In this document: piece by piece, positions 10,053 to 21,679 of the stretch
Layout: every line of letters begins with the position of its first letter
Position numbering within the stretch: position 1 is the stretch's first letter
NCBI GenBank assembly: GCA_002419005.1
Contig: DIFF01000012.1
Coordinates: 500,241 to 564,240, forward strand
Direction of reading: 5' to 3'
DNA: 64,000 nucleotides
Origin: Peptococcaceae bacterium UBA5755
GTDB taxonomy: Bacteria; Bacillota; Dehalobacteriia; UBA4068; UBA5755
Translations under genes and position numbers: made by a program
Notes under the pieces: model-generated
What the model saw: the letters and a program-made list of their open reading frames with translations, nothing else
Told to the model about the DNA's origin: nothing
Database searches by the model: none

Positions 10053-10262
10053 AATTTTACTGTATAAAGCGGGTTTATCTTTAAGTTAGTTTTTATTAAA
10101 ATTAGGATACTGTTGTATTTAATAAAAATTTTTAATAAATTTAGAAAAAAATGTCTATTATTTTTTTAATATGGTATAATTTTATTGTTAAATAGTCAAC
10201 TTTCTTTAGTTTTTTAAAAAAAGAATATTGACCCAACATTAATAAAGAATAGGAGGAATTTT

Positions 10263-10673
10263 ATGAACACATTAATTAAAAGAAGCAGAAAGTTAAAAAC
10301 CCGTAAAGGCTTTACATTAATTGAACTAATTGTTGTTATTGTTGTTATTGGCATTTTGGCTGCTATAGCAATCCCGAGATTAGCAGGGTTCACCGACACA
10401 GCTAAATCAGCTGCTGTTGAAGCAGATGCAAAAACAATTACAACTTCAATGTCTGCCTTATATGCAGAAGACCAAACCATAGATCTTACCACTTTTGCAG
10501 GTACATATGATGCAACAGATGCTCTTGGAAAATTGACCGGCCCTTTCTCTGGTACGATATCTAACGTAACAAACAGTAGCGGAAGTATTGGTTTTACTTA
10601 TGCGACAGATAAATTTACAGTAACTGTAGCTGATGGTACTGTTGGTAAAGCAACCGCTGTAGTAGCACCGTAA
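10263..10673 (+). CDS. pilA: type IV (major) pilin / pseudopilin with a class III signal peptide
   Basis: The leader MNTLIKRSRKLKTRKG precedes FTLIELIVVIVVIGILAAIAIP (cleavage G|F, Glu+5). The RBS is AGGAGG. A T/S/A-rich C-terminal domain follows. Confidence 0.85.
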   Translation: MNTLIKRSRKLKTRKGFTLIELIVVIVVIGILAAIAIPRLAGFTDTAKSAAVEADAKTITTSMSALYAEDQTIDLTTFAGTYDATDALGKLTGPFSGTISNVTNSSGSIGFTYATDKFTVTVADGTVGKATAVVAP

Positions 10674-10693
10674 TCAAACTATAAACAAAATAT

Positions 10694-10727
10694 TTTATAT
10701 TTTCTAGAGGCAGATTTTATACTGCCT
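10694..10727 (+). terminator. rho-independent terminator after the pilin gene
   Basis: The sequence CTAGAGGCAG-N9-CTGCCTCTAG forms a hairpin and is followed by TTTTTTATT. Confidence 0.7.
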
Positions 10728-10991
10728 CTAGTTTTTTATTATTTTATGTTGTGGTTATGATATTTCTATGACATGATTCTAACATATATTAAACAAGTTT
10801 TCACTAGTTTTTTTATGGAAGTTTTTGGTAAAAATTTTATTTTAGAATGTCTAAGTAATTTTAAAACAAAAAACAACAGACGCAAGGTTACACCTTGAAC
10901 CTGCTGTTTTTTAAATTCATTTGGCAATATCTAATATTCAAATTTTGCTTCCTAATGCGTTATTACTAAAAGAGGTCCTTGTTCTTTTAAC

Positions 10992-11276
10992 TTATTTTTC
11001 TTGTTGTTGCATTTGTTGATAACATTCTCTGCAATAAACAGGGCGATCATTAACCGGACGGAAAGGTACTTGAGTTTCTTTACCGCAAGACGCACAAACT
11101 ACATTGAACATTTCTCTGTTGTTGTTGCGTTGGCGTTTACGGGCTGCACGGCATTCCGGGCAACGAGCAGGATCATTCTGAAAACCTTTTTCAGTATAAA
11201 ATTCCTGTTCGGCTGCAGAAAAAACAAATTCTGCTCCGCATTCTTTGCAAGTAAGGGTTCTGTCTTCGAAAGTCAT
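10992..11276 (-). CDS. zinc-ribbon domain protein (two CxxC...CxxC pairs)
   Basis: 94 aa with the motifs TCKECGAEF...RCPECR and CASCGKETQ...YCRECY. Confidence 0.6.
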   Translation of the reverse strand: MTFEDRTLTCKECGAEFVFSAAEQEFYTEKGFQNDPARCPECRAARKRQRNNNREMFNVVCASCGKETQVPFRPVNDRPVYCRECYQQMQQQEK

Positions 11277-11664
11277 TTTACTTCACTCCTTCAAATGGTG
11301 TGCCTAATTTTACTTTGCAGGTTAATCCACTTGTTTCCATTAGAAGGAGCAAGGAAATCCTGAGCTGTAAAACAATAGGTTAACCCCATTATATTCTTTG
11401 TTTTGATAAAATGCAACTATTTCTTAGTAACTTTTTAAATTAAAGCCCTCTTAAACATAAAGAAACCCCCAAAACCATATGTGGAAAATATTACAAGTTA
11501 TAATTAAATAGTGCTACTATATATAGCTGGCGGTTTATTGCTTTTGGGTAAATAGATGCCCAGCTTGAAAATGTTTTACTAATAAAATAAAAATATAAAA
11601 GCTTGAAAAATAGAAAATTAGATGATACAATTAACATGATATTTTTATTTCTAGGAGGTTGCAC

Positions 11665-11862
11665 ATGAAAGGTAAAGTAAAATGGTTTAATGCAGAAAAA
11701 GGTTTTGGTTTCATCGAAAGGGAAACTGGTGGTGACGTTTTTGTTCACTTTTCCGCTATTCAAAGCGATGGCTTCAAAACCCTGGATGAAGGTCAAGAAG
11801 TTTCCTTCGACGAAGTGGAAGGCGCTCGTGGCCCTCAAGCCGCTAATGTACAAAGACTGTAA
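11665..11862 (+). CDS. cspA: cold-shock protein (CspA family)
   Basis: [18 protein letters not shown]...VFVHFSAI contains the RNP1/RNP2 motifs. A GGAGG RBS lies 6 nt upstream of ATG 11665. The 5' leader is long. Confidence 0.9.
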   Translation: MKGKVKWFNAEKGFGFIERETGGDVFVHFSAIQSDGFKTLDEGQEVSFDEVEGARGPQAANVQRL

Positions 11863-12005
11863 TATGGCTTAGCTGCATTTCATATAGTCTTTACAAGCAA
11901 AAAAAGCTCCGCAAAAGTGGGGCCCTTTTTTGTTTGCTATTAGGTGGTTAAAAACTATTCTTTTGTGTTATAATTATTATTTAGAAATGACAAGGTGGTG
12001 ATGAT

Positions 12006-13988
12006 GTGGGCCAATTTCAACTTAAAAGCAACTATGTGCTGATGGGTGACCAACCAACCGCTGTAAATGAGCTTGTAAAAAGCATTTTGGCCGGCAACCG
12101 TTACCAAACTTTGCTGGGAGTAACCGGCAGCGGCAAAACCTTTACTATGGCCAATGTGATTGAAAAACTGCAAAGACCCACTCTGGTGATCGCCCACAAC
12201 AAAACCTTAGCTGCTCAGCTGTGTGCGGAATTTAAGGAGTTTTTCCCCAATAATGCCGTAGAATATTTTGTGAGCTATTATGATTATTATCAGCCAGAGG
12301 CTTATATAGCTCATACCGATACTTATATTGCTAAAGATGCTTCCATAAACCAGGAGATTGAAAAACTGCGGCACTCGGCCACTGCTGCTCTGTTTGAAAG
12401 ACGGGATGTGATAATCGTAGCCAGTGTTTCTGCCATTTACGGTTTGGGCGACCCTAGTGAATATTTGGGACTTTCTGTTTCTTTACGGCCTGGACAAGAG
12501 ATGAAAAGAGAAATCCTTTTGCGACGTTTGGTTGATATTCAATATAACCGCAATGAGATGGATTTTGCCCGCGGTTCTTTTCGGGCCAAGGGCGATGTGG
12601 TGGAGATAATCCCTGCCGGCGAAAGTGAACAAGCCCTGCGGGTGGAATTTTTTGGTGATGAGATTGAGCGAATTGCCGAGATCGATACTCTTACCGGCCA
12701 GGTTTTGGGCTGGCAAAAGCATGTGTTGATCTTTCCGGCAAGCCATTATGTGACGGCTCCGGAAAAGCTGGCTTTGGCCATGGCCTCTATTGAAGCAGAG
12801 CTGGCGGAAGAGTTAACCAAACTGCGGGCAAACGGCAAACTTTTGGAAGCGCAAAGGCTAGAGCAACGCACAAAATTTGACTTGGAAATGATGGCCGAGG
12901 TTGGCTATTGCCAGGGCATTGAAAATTATTCTCGGCATCTTTTAGGGCAACCGGCCGGTTCGTCCCCCTTTACTCTTTTGGATTATTTTCCGGAAGATTA
13001 TTTGATTATGATAGATGAATCTCACGCTACTTTGCCCCAGCTTGGCGCCATGTACAAGGGCGACCGGGCCAGAAAAGAGAATTTGGTGGCTTATGGCTTT
13101 CGCCTGCCCTCAGCCATTGACAATCGGCCCCTGAAATTTGCCGAATTTGAAGAAAAAGCTAAACAACTGCTATATGTTTCTGCTACACCCGGCCCGTATG
13201 AGCTGGAGCACTCTAACTGTATTGTTGAACAGGTAGTACGGCCTACCGGGCTTTTAGACCCCCCCATAGAGGTGCGACCAAGCAAAAACCAAATTGATGA
13301 TTTGATTGGCGAGATAAACCAAACCGTAGCAAAGGGTTTTAGGGTTTTGATTACTACCCTTACCAAACGGATGGCAGAAGATCTGACCACCTATTTGAAT
13401 CAGGCCGGCATTAAAGTGCGTTACCTTCACTCGGAAGTAAAAACGCTGGAAAGGATGGCCATTGTACGGGACTTGCGGCTGGGCGAATTTGATGTGCTGG
13501 TTGGCATAAATTTGCTACGCGAAGGTCTAGACCTGCCAGAGGTGGCCTTGGTGGCTATTTTAGATGCGGATAAGGAAGGGTTTTTGCGGTCGGAACGCTC
13601 ACTGATTCAGACTATTGGCCGAGCCGCCAGAAATGTTGCCGGACGGGTGATTATGTATGGAGATCATATCACCGAATCTATGCGGCGAGCCATCCAAGAA
13701 ACCAACCGCCGTCGCACTAAACAAGATATCTACAACCAGAAGCACAACATAACGCCTCAAACTATTCAAAAAGAAGTGCGGGATGTAATTGCAGCAGTGC
13801 TGCCAACAGACAAAAAAACTGGCCCTGACCTGCAGCCGGGGAAAATGAGCAAAAAAGCAAAAGAGCAGCTGTTGCGGTCTTTGGCAAAAGAAATGCAGCA
13901 GGCGGCTAAGCGGCTGGATTTTGAAGAAGCAGCCGAACTGCGGGATTTGATTATGGAAATTCGTCTGGCTGGGGTAAAACAAGGTTAG
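12006..13988 (+). CDS. uvrB: excinuclease ABC subunit B
   Basis: The ORF is collinear over its whole length with E. coli UvrB, matching [19 protein letters not shown], the helicase motifs and the C-terminal UVR domain [10 protein letters not shown]. It starts at GTG. Confidence 0.95.
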   Translation: MGQFQLKSNYVLMGDQPTAVNELVKSILAGNRYQTLLGVTGSGKTFTMANVIEKLQRPTLVIAHNKTLAAQLCAEFKEFFPNNAVEYFVSYYDYYQPEAYIAHTDTYIAKDASINQEIEKLRHSATAALFERRDVIIVASVSAIYGLGDPSEYLGLSVSLRPGQEMKREILLRRLVDIQYNRNEMDFARGSFRAKGDVVEIIPAGESEQALRVEFFGDEIERIAEIDTLTGQVLGWQKHVLIFPASHYVTAPEKLALAMASIEAELAEELTKLRANGKLLEAQRLEQRTKFDLEMMAEVGYCQGIENYSRHLLGQPAGSSPFTLLDYFPEDYLIMIDESHATLPQLGAMYKGDRARKENLVAYGFRLPSAIDNRPLKFAEFEEKAKQLLYVSATPGPYELEHSNCIVEQVVRPTGLLDPPIEVRPSKNQIDDLIGEINQTVAKGFRVLITTLTKRMAEDLTTYLNQAGIKVRYLHSEVKTLERMAIVRDLRLGEFDVLVGINLLREGLDLPEVALVAILDADKEGFLRSERSLIQTIGRAARNVAGRVIMYGDHITESMRRAIQETNRRRTKQDIYNQKHNITPQTIQKEVRDVIAAVLPTDKKTGPDLQPGKMSKKAKEQLLRSLAKEMQQAAKRLDFEEAAELRDLIMEIRLAGVKQG

Positions 13989-14035
13989 ATAAATTTAGAT
14001 TTGCTGCTAATTTTAAATAAATCAGGAGATTGTTT

Positions 14036-16954
14036 ATGGCTAATGATAAGTTGATTATCGAAGGAGCAAGACAGCACAATTTAAAAAATATTAATGTGAG
14101 TATTCCCCGCGACAAGCTGGTGGTGCTAACTGGTATTTCTGGCAGCGGCAAAAGTTCCCTAGCCTTTGATACCATTTATGCGGAGGGTCAAAGGCGTTAT
14201 GTGGAATCGCTTTCTGCTTATGCCCGGCAGTTTTTGGGGCAGATGGACAAACCCGACGTGGACCATATTGAGGGACTTTCCCCGGCAATTTCTATTGACC
14301 AAAAAACCACCAACAAAAACCCCCGTTCCACGGTAGGGACCATAACCGAGATTTACGATTATTTGCGGCTTTTGTTTGCGAGGGTTGGGCACCCTCATTG
14401 CCCGGTGTGCGGTGAGCCCATCAGCAGCCAAAGTGTAGACCAAATGATTGATGCTCTTTTGCAATATGCCGAGGGGACACGGTTACAGATTTTGGCCCCC
14501 ATTGTGCGGGGCCGCAAAGGTGAATATGTGAAGCTTTTGGCGGATATTAAAAGCCAGGGCTTTTTGCGCATACGTTTGGATGGTGAAATGCGGGACTTGG
14601 ACGAAGAAATTAGTTTGGACAAGCAAAAAAAACACACCATAGAAATTGTGGTTGACAGGTTGGTTATTAGAGAAGGAATTGAAAGCCGGCTGGCCGATTC
14701 TTTGGAGATTGCCTTGGAACATGCCAATGGGCTGGTTAAGGTTTTGGTGCAAGAACCTGCCGCAAACTCAGAACCGCAAGACAATGCCTTGGACGAGCCG
14801 CAAAAAGATAAAAAACAAGAAACCAAGGAGATTTCCTTTAACCAAAATTTTGCCTGCGCCCAATGCGGCATTAGCCTAGAAGAGATAACCCCCCGCTTGT
14901 TTTCTTTTAACAGCCCTTACGGGGCCTGCCCCACCTGCGGTGGTTTAGGTTACACCATGCACATTGATGAAAAACTTTTGATGCCCCACCCCGAAAAAAG
15001 CATAAAAGAAGGCGGCATTATGCAGTTTAATGATGGGGCGCAGGGTTGGTATTACCGCTTTATTGTAGCTTTGGCGGAACGCTATGGTTTTTCTTTGGAA
15101 GTACCGGTAGAGGATTTACCCCGCTGGGCCTTGGATTATATTTTTTACGGCAGCGGTACAGACAAGCTTACTGTTTCCTACGAAAACCAAAGCGGAGACC
15201 AACGAACGATTACCGAAAGCTGGGAGGGTCTGGCCAACAATTATGCCCGCCGCTACAAAGAAACAGCCTCTCCTTGGGTTAGAAATGAGCTGGAGAAACT
15301 GATGGCCATAAACCTTTGCCCAGATTGCCACGGAGCCCGGCTAAAGCCCATTAGCCTTGGGGTAACAATTGCCGATAAAAACATTCATGAGCTGAGCCAG
15401 CTCTCCATTGAAGATCTGCGGAATTTTATAGATACTTTACAACTTTCTGAAAGGGAAACTTTGATTGCCGAACAAATATTAAAACAAATAAATGAACGGC
15501 TGAGTTTCCTTGTTAATGTTGGGTTAGATTATTTAGCCTTGGGCCGCACGGCCGCCTCATTATCCGGCGGCGAAGCTCAACGTATTCGCCTGGCTACCCA
15601 AATTGGCTCACAGCTTACAGGGGTTTTGTATATTTTAGATGAACCGAGTATTGGCCTTCACCAAAAAGACAATGCTCAGCTGATTAACACCTTGCTGCGG
15701 CTTAAGGATTTGGGCAACACGGTGCTGGTGGTGGAGCATGACGAAAATACCATTTTAGCGGCAGATTTTATTGTAGATATTGGCCCCGGTGCCGGAGCCA
15801 AAGGTGGCCACCTGGTGGTGGCCGGCTCAGTAGAAGATGTGAAGGCCTGCAAAAAATCCATCACCGGTCAATATTTGAACGGCAGTAAAAAAATCCTTCT
15901 ACCGCCAAACCGCAGAATAGGTAACGGCGAATATTTGCGGGTTTTTGGGGCCGCTGCCAACAATCTGCAAGACATAGATGTAGCTATTCCGCTTGGTACT
16001 TTTACCTGTGTTACCGGGGTTTCCGGCAGCGGCAAAAGCTCTTTGGTAAATCATGTCATTTACACCAGTTTAGCCCACTTTTTAAACGGAAGCCAGGTAA
16101 AACCGGGCCCCTGCAAAAAGATAGAAGGCCTGGAAAATTTGGAGAAAGTAATAGCTATTGACCAAAGCCCCATTGGCCGCACCCCCCGCTCTAACCCCGC
16201 AACCTACACCGGGGTATTTAACGATATTAGGGAGCTTTTTGCCATGACCCCCGATGCCAAAGCCAAAGGATACAAATCTGGCCGTTTTAGCTTTAATGTT
16301 CGGGGCGGCCGTTGTGAGGCTTGCCAGGGCGACGGGATTATTAAAATTGAAATGCATTTCCTTGCTGATGTATATGTGCCATGCGAAGTATGTCATGGTA
16401 AAAGGTATAACCGGGAAACACTGGAAATTCGCTATAAAGGTAAAAACATTGCCGATGTGTTGGACATGACGGTAGATGAAGCAGTAGAATTTTTTGCCAA
16501 TATCCCAAAAATTTACAGCAAGCTTTTGGTATTGCAGGATGTAGGCTTGGGTTATGTAAAACTTGGCCAATCCGCCACCACTCTTTCCGGCGGTGAGGCG
16601 CAAAGGGTAAAATTGGCTTCTGAGTTGGCCCGCCGCAGCCACGGCAAAACTTTTTACATTTTGGATGAACCAACCACCGGTCTGCACACGGCAGATATTC
16701 ACAAGCTTTTGCATGTATTTGATAGACTTGTGGAAGCCGGCAACACACTTTTGGTTATTGAGCACAATTTGGACGTGATAAAATCAGCCGACTACATTAT
16801 TGACCTGGGGCCAGACGGCGGGAGAAGAGGCGGCCGGGTAATTTGCTGTGGCACCCCAGAGGAGATCGCCGCCCAAAATGTTGGTTACACCAGCCCATTT
16901 GTGCAACAAGTTTTACAAAAATATGGGCAAGTACCCCTTTTTACCCAGAGATAA
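14036..16954 (+). CDS. uvrA: excinuclease ABC subunit A
   Basis: There are two ABC ATPase modules ([12 protein letters not shown] and [11 protein letters not shown]), zinc-finger Cys clusters and LSGGEAQR signatures. An AGGAG RBS precedes ATG 14036. Confidence 0.95.
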   Translation: MANDKLIIEGARQHNLKNINVSIPRDKLVVLTGISGSGKSSLAFDTIYAEGQRRYVESLSAYARQFLGQMDKPDVDHIEGLSPAISIDQKTTNKNPRSTVGTITEIYDYLRLLFARVGHPHCPVCGEPISSQSVDQMIDALLQYAEGTRLQILAPIVRGRKGEYVKLLADIKSQGFLRIRLDGEMRDLDEEISLDKQKKHTIEIVVDRLVIREGIESRLADSLEIALEHANGLVKVLVQEPAANSEPQDNALDEPQKDKKQETKEISFNQNFACAQCGISLEEITPRLFSFNSPYGACPTCGGLGYTMHIDEKLLMPHPEKSIKEGGIMQFNDGAQGWYYRFIVALAERYGFSLEVPVEDLPRWALDYIFYGSGTDKLTVSYENQSGDQRTITESWEGLANNYARRYKETASPWVRNELEKLMAINLCPDCHGARLKPISLGVTIADKNIHELSQLSIEDLRNFIDTLQLSERETLIAEQILKQINERLSFLVNVGLDYLALGRTAASLSGGEAQRIRLATQIGSQLTGVLYILDEPSIGLHQKDNAQLINTLLRLKDLGNTVLVVEHDENTILAADFIVDIGPGAGAKGGHLVVAGSVEDVKACKKSITGQYLNGSKKILLPPNRRIGNGEYLRVFGAAANNLQDIDVAIPLGTFTCVTGVSGSGKSSLVNHVIYTSLAHFLNGSQVKPGPCKKIEGLENLEKVIAIDQSPIGRTPRSNPATYTGVFNDIRELFAMTPDAKAKGYKSGRFSFNVRGGRCEACQGDGIIKIEMHFLADVYVPCEVCHGKRYNRETLEIRYKGKNIADVLDMTVDEAVEFFANIPKIYSKLLVLQDVGLGYVKLGQSATTLSGGEAQRVKLASELARRSHGKTFYILDEPTTGLHTADIHKLLHVFDRLVEAGNTLLVIEHNLDVIKSADYIIDLGPDGGRRGGRVICCGTPEEIAAQNVGYTSPFVQQVLQKYGQVPLFTQR

Positions 16955-16966
16955 GGGGGTGAAAAA

Positions 16967-18874
16967 ATGAGTCAAAACTGGCAAGAAAAATTGCAGGAAC
17001 AGCTAGAAAAGCTGCCGGATGAGCCAGGCGTTTATTTGATGTATGACGAGGCGGACGCAATAATTTATGTGGGGAAAGCCAGCTCTTTAAAGCAACGGGT
17101 CCGCTCTTACTTTGTGAGGGGCAACAAAAACACCCCAAAGACTGCCGCCCTGGTCGAAAAGGTGCGGCGGTTGGAAACGGTTGTTTTAAACTCTCCTGTG
17201 GAAGCACTTGTTTTGGAAAGCAACCTAATAAAAAAGCACCATCCCCGCTACAATGTGCGGTTGCGGGACGACAAGCAATACCCTTACCTTATGCTTACTA
17301 TGGCGGAGGATTTTCCCCGTTTGTTGGTAGTAAGACAACCAAGGGCCGATGCTAATTTGTATTTTGGCCCTTATGTTTCTGCCCAAAACATGCACGAGGT
17401 ACAGAATATTATTAGGCAAATTTGGCCTTTGCGAAGCTGCAGCAACAGCCAGTTTGCCAGTTCTAAACGCCCCTGCCTTAATCATGATATTGGGCATTGT
17501 TTGGCCCCTTGCACAGGCGGCATTGACAAAGCTGCTTACAAAGAAATGGCAGAAGAAGTGAGCCTGTTTTTGGAGGGCCGCACCAAAGAGATTGGCCAAA
17601 ACCTAGAAAAAAAGATGAAAGAAGCTTCTGCTGCCTGGCATTTTGAAGAGGCAGCCCGGTACCGGGATCAGTTGGCAGCAGTAAAGTTTGTTCAGCAAAA
17701 AAACCCCATAAACAAAATTAATGCAGGGGATTATGATATAATTGCTCTGGCAAGCCACCAAAAAGATGCCTTGGCCCAGGTTTTTTTTGTGCGGCAGGGT
17801 AAACTGCTGGGCAAAGAACATCTCTTTTTGGTTAATGAGACGGAAGTAAAAGAAGCTGATTTAATGGGTGCTTTTTTGCCACAATATTATGCCCGTCGCC
17901 AACATATTCCTCCTCTTATTTGCCTTTCAGCTCTGCCGGAAAACACTGAAACCATGGCTCTTTTGCTGCAGCAAATGCGTGGCGGCAGCGTAAAGATAAC
18001 TTTGCCACAAAAAGGAACCAAAAAATCCCTTTTGAAACTGGCCATAAAAAATGCCTGCCTGCTTTTATCCCAAAACCTTGAGGCAAATGAAGAACAGCAA
18101 AAAAGGAGGGCTGCCACCCTTTTGGAATTGGTAGAAATTCTTAACTTGCCAAAAACGCCCTATCGCATCGAATGTTTTGATAACAGCCATATTCAAGGAA
18201 CCAACACTGTTTCTGCCATGGTAGTTTTTGAAGGCGGGCAAGCCAAAAAAAGTGATTATCGTCACTTTCGTCTTAAAGGGGACCACCATGGTGATGATTA
18301 TGCCGCCATGCGAGAAGTTTTGGCCCGGCGTTTTGCTAAAGCCGTGGAAAAATCAGGACCAGATGAGAAAACCCCCGCCCAAACCGAGGCAAAAAACCCA
18401 AAGAAGCCAGCCTGGCAAGAGCTGCCTGATCTTCTTTTGGTGGATGGCGGCAAAGGGCAAGTGAATGTGGCGGTGGAAGTTTTGACCATGCTGGATCTTT
18501 TGGCGGCGGTACCCATTGCCGGCCTGGCCGAAACGGAAGAGTATATATATTTGCCGGGCGAAAGGAACCCTATTGTTTTACCGCAAGAAAGCCCGGCTCT
18601 GCAGCTTTTGCAACAGATAAGGGATGAGGCCCACCGCTTTGCCCTGAGCTATCACCAAAAACTACGCGGCAAAAACATGGCTGCATCCAGCTTGGCGGAG
18701 ATCTCCGGCATTGGTAAAAAACGCCAACAGGCCCTTTGGCAACATTTTGGCTCAAAAGAAAAAATGGCTAAAGCCAGCATTGAAGAACTTTCTTTGCTGC
18801 CTGGCATGAACAAAAAAGCAGCCACAGCAGTATATGAAAAACTCCATGATATACACGACAAAACAAAGGAATGA
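16967..18874 (+). CDS. uvrC: excinuclease ABC subunit C
   Basis: The N-terminal GIY-YIG domain is PGVYLMYDEADAIIYVGKA. A UVR domain and a C-terminal HhH follow. The RBS is GGGGGTG. Confidence 0.95.
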   Translation: MSQNWQEKLQEQLEKLPDEPGVYLMYDEADAIIYVGKASSLKQRVRSYFVRGNKNTPKTAALVEKVRRLETVVLNSPVEALVLESNLIKKHHPRYNVRLRDDKQYPYLMLTMAEDFPRLLVVRQPRADANLYFGPYVSAQNMHEVQNIIRQIWPLRSCSNSQFASSKRPCLNHDIGHCLAPCTGGIDKAAYKEMAEEVSLFLEGRTKEIGQNLEKKMKEASAAWHFEEAARYRDQLAAVKFVQQKNPINKINAGDYDIIALASHQKDALAQVFFVRQGKLLGKEHLFLVNETEVKEADLMGAFLPQYYARRQHIPPLICLSALPENTETMALLLQQMRGGSVKITLPQKGTKKSLLKLAIKNACLLLSQNLEANEEQQKRRAATLLELVEILNLPKTPYRIECFDNSHIQGTNTVSAMVVFEGGQAKKSDYRHFRLKGDHHGDDYAAMREVLARRFAKAVEKSGPDEKTPAQTEAKNPKKPAWQELPDLLLVDGGKGQVNVAVEVLTMLDLLAAVPIAGLAETEEYIYLPGERNPIVLPQESPALQLLQQIRDEAHRFALSYHQKLRGKNMAASSLAEISGIGKKRQQALWQHFGSKEKMAKASIEELSLLPGMNKKAATAVYEKLHDIHDKTKE

Positions 18875-18879
18875 AGAAA

Positions 18880-19683
18880 ATGACAGTAAAATTAGTAGCA
18901 ACCGATTTGGATGGCACTATGCTACAAGATAACAAAGTTGATCCAAAAACAAAGGCAATTGTGCAGAAAATGATTAAAAAAGGCGTAGAACTGGTTATTT
19001 CTACCGGACGCATGCATTGTGCTACCCAAATGACCGTGCGTCAGTTGGGTATTAACCCATATATAGTAAGCTACAACGGGGCCATGGTGCATCAGGGACT
19101 TTATGGCAAAGAATTACAAAACATTACTATGGACAAAGATATAGCCAAGAAACTTATTGCAATTGGCATGGAAAATGGTGTTGTAATGCATGTTTATATA
19201 AATGATGTGCTTTATGTGCAAGAGATGACCAATTGGACGGCAAATTATATGAAGCTGTGTGCCGCCCCAACCCGGCTTTTGGAGGATTTAAAGGAAGCAA
19301 TAGACATTTTTGGCGATCCCACTAAGGTACTTTTTATTTCTACCCCGCAAAATTGCGCCAATATGCAAAAAATGCTCCGCCAGAAATTTGCCGGCGAAAT
19401 ATATATTACCAGCTCCGCCCCATATTTTGTAGAGGCCATTAACCCAAATGTACATAAGGGCAAAGGCGTAAAAATTGTTGCTGATCGGCTGGGGATAAAG
19501 CAATCGGAAATTTTGGTGATTGGCGATAATTATAATGATATGGACCTTTTTGAGGCCGGTGATATTAAAATTGCCATGGGTGATGCGGTGGATGCTTTGA
19601 AAGAATCTGCCACCTGGGTTACTGACACTGTAACAAATGATGGCTGGTATAAAGCAATAAGAAAATTTGTTTTTGAAGAATAA
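18880..19683 (+). CDS. Cof-type HAD-IIB family hydrolase
   Basis: The motifs are VATDLDGT and GDNYNDMDLF. The track ATG at 18871 overlaps the uvrC stop, but ATG 18880 has better RBS spacing. Confidence 0.8.
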   Translation: MTVKLVATDLDGTMLQDNKVDPKTKAIVQKMIKKGVELVISTGRMHCATQMTVRQLGINPYIVSYNGAMVHQGLYGKELQNITMDKDIAKKLIAIGMENGVVMHVYINDVLYVQEMTNWTANYMKLCAAPTRLLEDLKEAIDIFGDPTKVLFISTPQNCANMQKMLRQKFAGEIYITSSAPYFVEAINPNVHKGKGVKIVADRLGIKQSEILVIGDNYNDMDLFEAGDIKIAMGDAVDALKESATWVTDTVTNDGWYKAIRKFVFEE

Positions 19684-19716
19684 TAGCAAAACATACCTAC
19701 GAAGGGGGGAAAACAG

Positions 19717-21087
19717 ATGGCAAAAGCAAAATTTGTTTATGTTTGCCAAGAATGTGGTCACACAAGTGTGAAATGGTATGGCCGCTGCCCAAGCTGCGAG
19801 ACCTGGAACAGCTTGGTTATGGAGCCTCTGGAAAGCAGCCCTGAAAAAAAAGTTGGGCAAAATTCTGCCGGGGCTTTGCCCCTACCCATAAACCAGGTTT
19901 CTTTAAGCCAGGTAGACCGCTTGAAGCTTGGCATAAGCGAGCTGGACGGGGTGCTTGGCGGCGGCCTAGTGCCTGGCTCTTTGGTTTTGCTGGGCGGCGA
20001 ACCCGGCATTGGCAAAAGCACTATTTTGCTGCAGGTGAGCCTGGCTTTAGCCAACAACCACGGACCTGTTCTTTATGTTTCCGGTGAGGAATCGGCTCCT
20101 CAGGTGCGACTAAGAGCTGAAAGACTGGGCACCCTTTCGCCAAATTTGTGGCTTTTGGCAGAAACCGACTTGGAAGCTATTTTGACCAAGGCCAAAGAAA
20201 AGGATTTGAAACTGCTGATTTTGGATTCCATTCAGTCCGTTTATCTGCCAGAATTGACTGCAGCCCCAGGCAGCGTTTCTCAGGTGCGGCAGGGCTGTGC
20301 CGCCCTAATGCAATATGCCAAGGAGACTGGTGTGGCGGTTATTTTGGTAGGACATGTAACCAAAGAGGGGAGCCTGGCTGGGCCACGGGTTTTGGAACAT
20401 ATGGTAGACACGGTACTTTATTTTGAAGGACAAAAAAACAATTCTTTTCGGCTTTTGCGGGCGGCAAAGAACCGTTTTGGCTCCACTAACGAAATTGGTA
20501 TTTTTGAGATGCTGGATACCGGGCTTTCGCCCCTAACCGACCCCTCTTTGCTTTTTTTGAGCCAAAGAAACCAAGAAGTGCCCGGTTCTGTTGTGTGCTG
20601 CGTTATGCAGGGTACAAGGCCTGTTTTGGTAGAGGTGCAAGCACTAACCTCCCCTACCACTTTTGGCAACTCCCGCAGGCTTGCAAGCGGCTTGGATTAT
20701 AACCGTTTGCTTTTGATTGTGGCGGTCTTAGAAAAGAAACTGGGGCTTAAGCTTGGCACCCAAGATATTTATGTGAATGTGGCAGGCGGTCTGAAGGTGG
20801 AAGACCCCGCAGCGGATTTGGCAGTGGCAGCAGCCATTGTTTCTAGCTACAAAGATAGAACGGTACCGGCAAACACACTGGCTATGGGGGAAATTGGCCT
20901 TACGGGAGAAGTTAGGCACATTAGCCAACTGGATAGACGCCTAAAAGAAGCTGAAAAGTTTGCTTTTAAAGAAGCGGTGGTGCCACCGGATGCTAAAACC
21001 ACCCAAAAAAGAGCTCCCGATGATCTGATCACTTGGCCCAGCCAATATGTTGATAAAGCTTTGGGGCTTTTGGGACTCTTGCTGTAA
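19717..21087 (+). CDS. radA: DNA repair protein RadA/Sms
   Basis: It has an N-terminal zinc finger CQECGHTSVKWYGRCPSC, Walker A GEPGIGKST and a Lon-like C-terminal domain. Confidence 0.95.
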   Translation: MAKAKFVYVCQECGHTSVKWYGRCPSCETWNSLVMEPLESSPEKKVGQNSAGALPLPINQVSLSQVDRLKLGISELDGVLGGGLVPGSLVLLGGEPGIGKSTILLQVSLALANNHGPVLYVSGEESAPQVRLRAERLGTLSPNLWLLAETDLEAILTKAKEKDLKLLILDSIQSVYLPELTAAPGSVSQVRQGCAALMQYAKETGVAVILVGHVTKEGSLAGPRVLEHMVDTVLYFEGQKNNSFRLLRAAKNRFGSTNEIGIFEMLDTGLSPLTDPSLLFLSQRNQEVPGSVVCCVMQGTRPVLVEVQALTSPTTFGNSRRLASGLDYNRLLLIVAVLEKKLGLKLGTQDIYVNVAGGLKVEDPAADLAVAAAIVSSYKDRTVPANTLAMGEIGLTGEVRHISQLDRRLKEAEKFAFKEAVVPPDAKTTQKRAPDDLITWPSQYVDKALGLLGLLL

Positions 21088-21091
21088 ATAA

Positions 21092-21119
21092 AAGGGCCCC
21101 GCCTTTTGGCGGGGCCCTT
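21092..21119. terminator. bidirectional rho-independent terminator (radA and rubrerythrin)
   Basis: AAGGGCCCCGCC-TTTT-GGCGGGGCCCTT is followed by a T-run on the plus strand and an A-run on the minus strand. Confidence 0.8.
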
Positions 21120-21142
21120 AATTTTTTTATAAAAACATAAGA

Positions 21143-21679
21143 TTAATAGTTATCAGCAGCCAGCTCATAATAAGCCTGGGGATGGGAGCAAGCAGGACAG
21201 CGTGTAGGAGCTTCTTTACCGGTATGTATATAACCACAGTTGCGGCAACGCCATTCTCTTTCTTCGGTTCTTTTAAAGAGTTTGTCTTCCCTTAAATTGG
21301 CTAAAAGAGCTGCATAACGTTTTTCGTGCTCGGCTTCCACCTCGCCAACTTCTTTAAAAAGATCGGCAATTTTGTTAAAACCTTCGGCACGGGCTACTTC
21401 TTCAAATTCTTTATACATATTAGTCCATTCATAGTTTTCGCCACCCATGGCATCCAGCAGGTTGGCTTCAGTTTTAGGCATGCCATCATGAAGCTGTTTA
21501 AACCACATTTTAGCATGCTCTTTTTCATTGTCAGCAGTCTCCAAAAAGATACCTGCTATTTGTTCAAAACCTTCTTTTTTGGCCTGGCTTGCATAAAAAG
21601 TGTACTTGTTGCGGGCTTGGCTTTCACCGGCAAATGCAGCCTGCAAATTTGCTTCAGTACGGCTTCCTTTTAAATCCAT
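21143..21679 (-). CDS. rbr: rubrerythrin
   Basis: A ferritin-like diiron domain (E..EH motifs) is followed by a C-terminal rubredoxin-like CRNCGY...CPACSHP. Confidence 0.9.
   Translation of the reverse strand: MDLKGSRTEANLQAAFAGESQARNKYTFYASQAKKEGFEQIAGIFLETADNEKEHAKMWFKQLHDGMPKTEANLLDAMGGENYEWTNMYKEFEEVARAEGFNKIADLFKEVGEVEAEHEKRYAALLANLREDKLFKRTEEREWRCRNCGYIHTGKEAPTRCPACSHPQAYYELAADNY

Noticed and set aside
10214-10492. A minus-strand 92-aa ORF overlapping the pilin gene
   Set aside because: It is antisense to a strongly supported type IV pilin CDS. It has low complexity and no RBS.
11491-11853. A minus-strand 120-aa ORF and a plus-strand 60-aa ORF overlapping cspA and its leader
   Set aside because: They are antisense to or out of frame with the canonical cold-shock protein. 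They have AT-rich low-complexity translations.
11880-12005. A LexA / Cheo box upstream of uvrB
   Set aside because: No GAAC-N4-GTTC-type element is present in the intergenic region.
14091-16765. Numerous 60-230-aa ORFs on both strands inside uvrA, uvrB, uvrC and radA
   Set aside because: They sit inside long, homology-validated repair genes and are typical GC-rich antisense ORFs.
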